A stretch of 64,000 bases of DNA, taken from the NCBI GenBank assembly GCA_964016885.1, contig OZ024751.1, positions 8,246,001 through 8,310,000 on the forward strand, given 5' to 3'. Source of the DNA: Eledone cirrhosa. Its lineage: Eukaryota. Each line of letters opens with the position of its first letter. The first letter of the stretch is position 1. Position numbers and translations under genes: made by a program. The notes beneath the pieces were generated by a model. The model did no database searches. It saw nothing but the letters and a program-made list of their open reading frames with translations, and was not told the origin of the DNA. Below, piece after piece: positions 55,550-64,000 of this stretch.

Positions 55550-56600
55550 TACTAACCGCGGTACCCGGTAATATCCGGAAAGGTGGGGTTATTCGTAGTT
55601 CCTAGAATGCGCCTGAAAATTGCTAGCGAACTTGCGTGCCCATACTGGTTTTCAATAGCAACCTTTGCTAGGTGTGTTTATGGCAGATCAATTTTTTGTC
55701 TGGAACTATCAATACCGGTTTAAGTCATAAGTCCTTCTTCCATCCAGCTTTCTTCATTCAGAGTGAATAAGCCGAGAAAGTTTGAGCGCGAAGAGTATCG
55801 AACTTATTCAACAAACTTATGTATAAGAATAGCAAACTTACTATCTTAGCACTCAAGAACAAACACAGAAAAATGAGGAAGTAATCGCAGTTATTGCAGA
55901 TATTATAATATATTAAGGTAATGCTCCAGCTCCTTGTATGCCAGTTTGTAAACACCTTCGAATGACTGAAGCAATTCAATAAAACCATCCTGTTTTCCGC
56001 CTATAGACATAACCCTAGAAAACACATCAAAATAAGTTGAATCAACAAACTGCAGTGTTGGCCCGAAAGACGGTCTTACAGCCTTCACTGTCGTAAAGTG
56101 TCAATAATGGAGGAGAGGTTACATCTTCTTAATTCGTGTTAATCTTCCCACGATCCGACACCGCGAAATATCTATTCTCAGAGACGGCATGTTACAATTA
56201 ACATGCCGGAAGGACGAATATTCGTCAACATACGATTTGTGTTTTATTCTTCGGACTAATCTCATAGTAATCCAACTTGCAGGTCATTGATCATCACACT
56301 TTTTTGTAACTTATCACCGATTCTTACAGATGACCTTAATGTCACCTAAGCGTGTGCACAAGTTCAGAATCCATATCAGTGGATGTGATATATATATATA
56401 TATCCAGTAAGACCCCGACGGCTGAGCTCAAGCCATTTCGACGGCTAATTCGGCGGCTAATTCAGTCCAGAATTAGCCGTCGAAACGGCTTGAGCTCAGC
56501 TGTCGAGGTCTTACTGGTTCCTATTACCCACTCTACTACCCTAAGTATTGAATACTTTGGTGCATTATGGTCCACCTGGTTCCTTACCACATTTCCTTCG

Positions 56601-56632
<32 letters not shown>

Positions 56633-56955
56633 CAATAATAATAATAAATATGAAGACAAAAATCCTAAGAGGGCTCGATATATGGGGGTGGAAGCACCGA
56701 TTTTTTGCTTAAACTTTAATCTGGGAGGGAGGGGGTTAACATACAGTAATATTAACTGCTCTTACCACTCTCTCACTGAAACGTCTTTTCTTTCCTCTTC
56801 CATTGTAAAGTTCTCCCCAGTCCTCTTTCTGAATATTAGCTTAACATGTGTATAAAGTTTCATTATGATCGGATCTCTGGTGTAGGCGCCAACTGGTTAT
56901 ACATAGATTACACAGATATACAGACAGGCAAACATCGCACGTTCTATAGTAGATG
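55550..56955 (+). mobile_element. possible non-autonomous rolling-circle (Helitron/Helentron-like) element with nested insertions
   Basis: Starts actaaccgcggtacccggtaatatccgg (small hairpin) and ends aaagtttcattatgatcgg..acagatatacagacaggc..ctatagtagat; resemblance from memory only. Confidence 0.35.
56404..56603 (+). mobile_element. family H element with fold-back hairpin (56404-56517)
   Basis: ccagtaagaccccgacggctgagctcaagcc...ggcttgagctcagctgtcgaggtcttactgg. Confidence 0.85.
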
Positions 56956-57374
56956 TATATGTGTATGAGTCTGTGTGTGTATGTATGTGTGTATGTGTGT
57001 TTATGTGTATTTATTTCTCTGTGTATGTGAGTGTATGACTACGAGTGTATGTGTGTGTGAGTGTGTGGTTGTATGAGTGTGTTTGAGTGTAGTTCTTACT
57101 TCAGTATATACAATTTTAAGAAAAACATTACTGGTATTCTTTACGCCCTATTGGGGCGTATGTATTGATTAATAAAAAATATATATATATAATTCATTTT
57201 AATAAATATTTATATTACCATACACAAACATTATATTTTCCCAGAATATAAACACTACAGTAAAATGTAATAGATTGTTCTATTTTTTTTGTTTTCTATT
57301 TGTATTCTTATGACGAATCAGTCATGACTGAATATTAACAATCTACTATATCAGGGTATGTCATGCATCATCTT

Positions 57375-57439
57375 ATTTTACCTGATGAGGACGTACTGTT
57401 GAAGATAGCTTCGTACCTCTGAAATATGTATAATAAAAT
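57375..57439 (+). ncRNA. hammerhead ribozyme (family L)
   Basis: CTGATGA-ggacgtac..gtacctct-GAAA-tatgta-TA-ataaaat; near-identical to 50446-50510. Confidence 0.78.
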
Positions 57440-57583
57440 ATACTTGATCACACGAATGTCTATTTTTGTTAATATTTTGAATTAATATTAATAACTCCGG
57501 AAAACCATCACTGTTGAGTGGTTCCAATCTATTGTAACACTCATTCTTCGATTTATTCATTGAACCTTGTTTAACCTTCAAAT

Positions 57584-57642
<59 letters not shown>

Positions 57643-57645
<3 letters not shown>

Positions 57646-58026
57646 AATAAATGGAAACTATATTTATAAAACCATATTTATTTCATTATATATATTTCAA
57701 GGATACCAAGTTCAATCATGGTATGTCTTCATCAGACAAAATACAATATATAACAGTTGGCCTCCCAAAACAACGGTCACCTTTTTGAAAGGGTACGTCA
57801 ATATCTATTTGTAAAACTGTTATATATTGTATTGTGTCTGATGAAGGCATACCATGATTTAACTTGGTATCCTTGAAATATATATAATGAAATAAATATG
57901 GTTTTATAAATACAGTTTCCATTTATTAATATTGTATATCTACTCCAATTATTTGTCGAGTGCTTTATATCAGTTATAATAATATTTGCTTGTTGTATCC
58001 CAACAATTTAAATAGAACTTTTGCAT
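57643..58026. mobile_element. family J-like inverted repeat (arms about 115 bp) with HHRs at 57684-57738(-) and 57832-57892(+)
   Basis: tgt-CTGATGA-aggcatacca..tggtatcctt-GAAA-tatata-TA-atg. Confidence 0.82.
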
Positions 58027-58190
58027 ATATATATATATATTTATATATATATATATATATATGAAAGACGTAAAACAAGAAAAATTGTTCTGCATCCTCC
58101 TGCATTGAACCACCTAGGTACTATGACATAACTTATGTATTTGATAGCATTAGTGTACATCTGTACGCATATGTTGGTAAATATACTAAT

Positions 58191-58222
<32 letters not shown>

Positions 58223-58889
58223 ATCTAATATATTATAAACAATGTTTCAACTGATCTACAATATTTTATTATCCCTATGCCCTACTAAGGAGCTATTCAA
58301 ACTATCAGAGAAACGTAACAATGTCGGCTGCCAAATCCACTTTCTAAAACGTTAATTCAAACACAACCCAATAGCTAACACAATCAAGAACATAAACTTA
58401 CCAAGATGCTCCTACTTACCAAACATCTAGCAGTTACTTGACTACTTACGTAAATTCTTCTCAATAAAATCATACAATACTTACACTACCAACTCCACCA
58501 ACACATACAACAAATCCCGATGCACTACCAAAACTAATTATGATACCCGGGTCACTGCTTCAGAAAACAACCACTGTTATAAATCGATGTTATCACAACC
58601 ACCTCAATCTGGAGCTGAAACGCCTGAAATGAAAATGGCTTTGTAAGAAACTAGCACGACTGATTTCACTAACACTTCAGAAAATACCACCACCCACGTT
58701 ACTGACTTCACATGATCGGTATCACACAAAGAACTTAGACTCCTCTGGCCCTAAATTCATATTAACTCAGCGCTAGAGTGCTGGATGAAACTAAATCTTG
58801 AAGCCAGCTTTTGCCGAGTTGCCTACAAACTCAAATGACACTCAGTAATAATCAACGCCACTGACAACACTACTACTGCAATGGACTAC

Positions 58890-59625
58890 ACTAAATTTCC
58901 TATATAACGCTTAAACCACGCACTCTCTCGGCATAAACGTAGCATATTCCGGCCCTTCACTACAGGGGTACTTATCTAAAAAGCAATCCAGAGACAACAG
59001 TAATCAATGCTCGCTGACTAACTGCCTTATCCGTGACACAACCATGTGCCAGCGGACGAATGTGGTATACCGGATTGCATGCGGTAGATGTAAGGGATTT
59101 TACATTGGTAGCACGACCCAAGCACTTCGCACCCGCATTAAAGAACACCTCATTACACAGGCATCCTCATTAAAAAAGAAATAGTAATTGACAAAAGCAG
59201 AAACACCAACTAAAATACAAAAGTCAATATTGAAGTTAGAGACAGAAATGTGGGCAATTCAATGATTAAGGAATCATTGGTCATTCATCGACTCAACCCA
59301 CATATAAATAGCATATTAGAACTCGGCACACAATACTTGACTTATTAAGACACCCACACGCACACACTCGCATCATAAAGAACATCTCATACAAGGAAAT
59401 TGATTTCATGAAATATAACATCGGCAAGCTTATGGTGAATAAAAAAACGCTTGAAATCCTGTTATAAATTTAGACATGAATTTAATTCCAAAGAAAGAAA
59501 CCTGAACAGTTCTTTATACTCTGAAGAGGTGAATTTTAAGTCCCGAAATATTTGGACAAACCAAGCAACAGCAACAAAAACAAGGAAATATTACCAGGTA
59601 ACTAAAGTTTTCGTTACCTTATATA
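58890..59625 (+). mobile_element. PLE relic (Hydra-clade-like): linker, GIY-YIG, 3' region with decayed HHR at about 59517-59556
   Basis: LGINVAYSGPSLQGYLS..CSLTNCLIRDTTMCQRTNVVYRIACGRCKGFYIGSTTQALRTRIKEHL; CTGAAGA..GAAA-ta-TT at 59521. Probably extends upstream to about 58220. Confidence 0.88.
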
Positions 59626-61582
59626 TATATTTTATACTAACAAACTAACAAACCGGGCAAGCTTTTCACGAATGCTAGAATGTATGGAACTCTATTGAGA
59701 ATTATGGTCATAAAAGCATCAGAAAGATACATGACAAACTGTGTGCAAATATGATGAACATATAAAACGTTGATTCATCAATATAAACAACACAACATTT
59801 ATTAAACTAGGATTTTTTAAAAAATACAGAATGTATTGTAATTCGTAAAAGTGGCAATAGCAATCATTTCTTTTTTCTAAAAGAATTTGAAATGAAAACA
59901 TGGGGAATATATTCCAGGATTCAACTATATTTGATGGTGCACAGCATGTAAATCGGAGAATTATTTATATGTCCACAGATCAGCTTAATTTAATCGATTG
60001 GCTAATACCCTGTTCAAATCCAATTATGGTAACATACAGCGTATAGTGATGGTTCTTCTATATGAGTGACCCTCTTCTTAAAATGCTTAAGGCAACCGAA
60101 GCATAAGGATGATTTATGTAATTACATTCTGTTGTTGCCAGCTGGCGTATATCACTTGCATCAATGGGTGACGACCATAGGTAATTAACACTTCTAATTA
60201 TTATTAAGAGTAAGTTGAAATTAATTAAAACTTCAAAGAAACCATTATCTAAAATATTGTTCAAACACAACAATTTCATACTTACGTAAATCTATGTAAA
60301 AATACATTTATAATAAAATAGTATAAGCGCTCTTATCTCTCTGATTACAAACTAGGATTAATAGTCTGTATTTATTGAACATGATATCTCGTGTCGACTT
60401 TTCATAAAGGATACTGAACGTTGAAGGAAATTGTTCCCACAGTAACATCAAGAATTATACTTCATCAATGTATCAGATTATCTAAAAAATGAGATGTCTT
60501 CCATATTTTTAACTGAAAGGGAATAAATAATGTAAATCTAATTTTGGTATTAGCATTTAGAATAATTTCCCGATAGCAGAAGTTGCTAGACATAGTATCA
60601 GACGACTTTACATCTTACAAGACAAATGGTAATAATAATATATGATGTAGACATACATGGCTCCTTACCCATTTGTATCAGTAGCTGGTCGATGTATTTT
60701 AATATTTCTAGCATATAGGCTAAAAACCGATACAGCAGATTATATTTGATGTTCGCTATCTCAGACAAACTGTTTTTCATGATATATTGATGAATATCAC
60801 AGCTCCTTGTAAAAGGTGAGTACATTAACTGATAGACTCTATTATTTATCTTCTACTAATATATCTTAAAATTTATCTATGTTGGAGGAAACAAGAGAAA
60901 AACTAAGTTTACGAAATTTCCTCGACGCGATATTTCGGCAATAGCGCAATAGAGCTAATAAAGTAAGTCTAAATAAAAGCAACGCCATATATATCAAGAT
61001 CAACAAACAAAGAGATACATTTTCCAAGAGTATGATCTTTAGCCATCAATGTCACCTCAATATCTTGAAACTGAACATTGTGCAGTAATGCGTTATTTAT
61101 GGCAGACGTTGATAGCAAGACGAGTAAAACAGGACGATAATAAAACTGAGATATCAATCTATATATAACCCCCCGAAAAAAATCCATTACTACCACAATA
61201 ATCAGTATCACCTACCGACGCCATTCCTACAAACGGCGGTGCTATGTACAAAACTGAAGCTATTTTTAACAAAGCTTATCGAATATAGTAAATGGCATCT
61301 TGCTGGTGAGTTTAAATATCGAAATAAAGGAGTTGGGCTGAATGTACCAATTACATATAATTGAAATGTTTCTTTCGTAGTGGGTTTTAAAGGATACCCT
61401 TTTTTCACTCACTCTGGCCCTTTCTCTCTATCGCTTCCCCCTTCCTTCTCAGTATATATGTATTGAGATAGATAAATTTATTATAAATTTATTATAATAA
61501 ATTGAAGTGAAAGCAACTGGTGCGTGTGTTTCTTATTGGCAACATGACCCTCCCAAAGTATAACAATATATATATATATATA

Positions 61583-62498
61583 TATTTATTAAAATAACAG
61601 ATTAAAGTTTAAGCAAAGAATCGCTGCTTTCACCCTTAACGGGATCTTCTGAAACTAACAAAGTCAATCTGTAAACGCAGAACTGGATATTTAAAAAACG
61701 TTGCAACCGGAGGAAGACAGGAAGACAATACTTTGGTTCGTGGAAACGTTCGCTGGCGAAGAACGGGAAAAAACGAATAATACGTCATTAATAGGAGCGG
61801 TGAAAAAACATTTACGCGCAAAAACAGAACCACGTTTATGGTATAATAGAGGTCGTGGACTAATGTTCTCTTAGGTGGTGCATAGAGACGTTCTCTGGCA
61901 ATGAACGAAAAAACGAAGATAATACGTCATATGTGGAGCGTGGAGAACAATAGCACGCAAAGACAGAGATTCATTTGGTCTCCTAGTTAGAATTTTAGTC
62001 TACGACTTCTGCTATACCATTTACGTGGGTTTGTCTTTGCGTGCTATTGTTCTCCACGCTCCACATATGACGTATTATCTTCGTTTTTTCGTTCATTGCC
62101 AGAGAACGTCTCTATGCACCACCTAAGAGAACATTAGTCTACGACCTCTTTTATACTATAAACGTGGTTCTGTCTGTGCGCGTAAATGTTTTTCACTGCT
62201 CCTATTAATGACGTATTATTCGTTTTTTCCCGTTCTTCGCCACGAACGTTTCCACGAACCAAAGTATCGTCTTCCTGTCTTCCTCCAGTTGCAACGTTTT
62301 TTTTAAATATCCACTTCTGCGTTTACAGATTGACTTTGTTAGTTTCAGAAGATCCCGTTAAGAGTGAAAGCAGCGATTCTTTGCTTAAACTTTAATCTGT
62401 TATTTTAATAAATATTTGCTCTACGGTTCTTATATATTTGATATATATTTATCCTTATCGAGCCCTCTTTGGATTTTAGTCTTCAAATTTATTATTAT

Positions 62499-62502
<4 letters not shown>
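61583..62502. mobile_element. family I palindrome (arms 61583-61965 / 62032-62415) with U4A HHRs at 61606-61656(-) and 62341-62391(+)
   Basis: Arms of about 383 bp, internal ~139-bp subrepeat (agtctacgac at about 61997 and 62137), (TA)n on both sides. Confidence 0.9.
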
Positions 62503-62536
<34 letters not shown>

Positions 62537-62722
62537 ATAATTGTTTCTACTTTTGGGACAAGGCCATCAATTACCCAGTACATTACTGGTACTTTATTTT
62601 ATCGACCCCGTAAGGATGAAAGGCAAAGTTAACCTCGGCGGGATTTGAACTCAGACCGTAAATGGAGGACGTAACTATGCTGGAAAGCATGGCGTCCGAC
62701 TCTCTACCGATACTGCCAATCC
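62537..62722 (-). mobile_element. near full-length SINE A
   Basis: Matches the other copies. Confidence 0.88.
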
Positions 62723-62794
62723 ACACACATAATAATAATAATAATAAAATGTGGAAAAGGAGCACACGACCTGGAAAATATATATATATATATG

Positions 62795-64000
62795 AAAATA
62801 GGGGAAAAAAGGATTATTAGGAAGAAAAATATATATTTTTTCCCTTTTATTTTTTTTCTCTTTTTTCTGGGTTAGAAAATGTTTAAAACAAAATATTTTC
62901 CTTGGTGTGAAGTGTTAAGGTATTAGTTAGTTTCTTTATTAATTAACAATGGCATTTATTTATCTATTTATATATAATTGTCTATTACCGGTTTCAGCTT
63001 GTTATGCATTTTCAAAGGGGGGAGTTTGTATTGGTGTAAAATGTTGGTGATGTTGTACATGTTAAGGAAATGGTGAAGACGGAATAATGTTATTTACAAA
63101 CATGGTTTTTGAAGTGAAAAGAAAAAAGAAAAAAAAATGTGTTGGGGAATGTGGAACATGATAAGATAATGGGAAAGTAAAAAAAAACAATATTACTTAC
63201 AGGCATAGTTAATAATATTATTTACGGGCAAAGTTCAAAATGTGTTATTATGGCAAGAGTGCTTAGTTGATCCATGATGGAGGCAAATGGTAGTCTTTGG
63301 TTTGATATGATTTCCCGTTTTAGAGAGTTAATATGCAGGGGGGTAATTCAGGGTGGTCAGGTAGGGGAGAGTGAAATGAGGGGGTAATTCATTTATATAA
63401 GAGAAAGGATTAGGTAGGGTCTTAGAGAGCATAGGAATGTGGTTTTGGTTCATTGTTCGTTCCAATTTTAGTTTAGTCCGAAGTTTAGTCCGTTAAGTAG
63501 AGGTTGGAATTTGTTAATGAAGTATGTTTCCTTATTGGTACGATGGTTGAAAGAAGCGTTGTCTATGAATTTGTAAATGGCGAAAATAGTAAAGGTTGGA
63601 TGTTGGTTAGGTGTACAATTGGCGATATGTTCACTAAAAGCAATCTTTCTGTATCCCTGTATTTTGATTTGTGATCTATGGACGGTCATACGTTGTCGGA
63701 GGCTTTTTTTTCGTCTGTCCTATGTAGTGCTCTTGACAACATGAACAGGTCAAAACATAGATTAGGTTTTCAGATGCACATGTAAATGTTGTCCTTGTTT
63801 AAAATGGAATGTTGAACCTTCTATTAGATGTATGCATATGCCACAGTTGGGCCTTCCGCATTTTGTTACTGTAGGGTTCATTGTGAGGATTTGTTGGATT
63901 TTGGCTTGTGTGAAGATGTTTTTTTATGGATTTAGGTTGTCTTTTGCTCTGTATGATGTTGTGTGTTTGGAGGATTTTGTTCATTATTGGGTCTCTTTTT
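62795..64000 (-). mobile_element. Neptune-like PLE 3' part: linker zinc knuckle, GIY-YIG (63468-64000), pLTR with decayed U3-A8 HHR at 62983-63018
   Basis: SKRQPKSIKKHL..CGRPNCGICIHL..FTCASENLIYVLTCSCCQEHYIGQT..LRQRMTVHRSQI..SEHI..FINKFQPLLN; TTGAAAA-tgc..gct-GAAA-ccgg-TA. Confidence 0.9.

Noticed and set aside
60736-60814. Possible exon ending AAAAG/GTGAGT
   Set aside because: Good donor but no convincing acceptor, and an in-frame stop lies just upstream.
61997-62270. SECIS element in family I subrepeats (ATGA motifs)
   Set aside because: No apical AA motif or matching GA quartet at the required spacing.

Overview
AT-rich animal genomic DNA, probably from an octopod cephalopod, judged only from the resemblance of its two tRNA-derived SINEs to Octopus SINEs. 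Almost all listed ORFs are (TA)n/(CA)n artefacts. Recognisable content: a decayed CRE-type non-LTR retrotransposon (15.5-18.6 kb), two RTE-type LINEs (31.3-33.3 kb with a 5' inversion; 41.1-45.3 kb), about 15 SINE copies, one plausible 180-bp Cys-rich host exon (55057-55236), and GIY-YIG/RT relics of three kinds of Penelope-like element (PLE). The dominant signal is a dense set of short non-coding modules inserted in (TA)n tracts. They are built as outward-facing inverted repeats or tandem, circularly permuted units, and nearly all carry a type-I hammerhead ribozyme (HHR). I found about 40 HHR motifs by eye, including decayed ones, from more than a dozen sequence families. They include a 315-bp tandem retrozyme-like array, several families with a compensatory U3-A8 core, a family with a fixed U4A core (CAGAAGA), and HHRs with 50-95 nt stem II insertions. 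All folds were done by eye, clade assignments are from memory, and ribozyme activity is untested.
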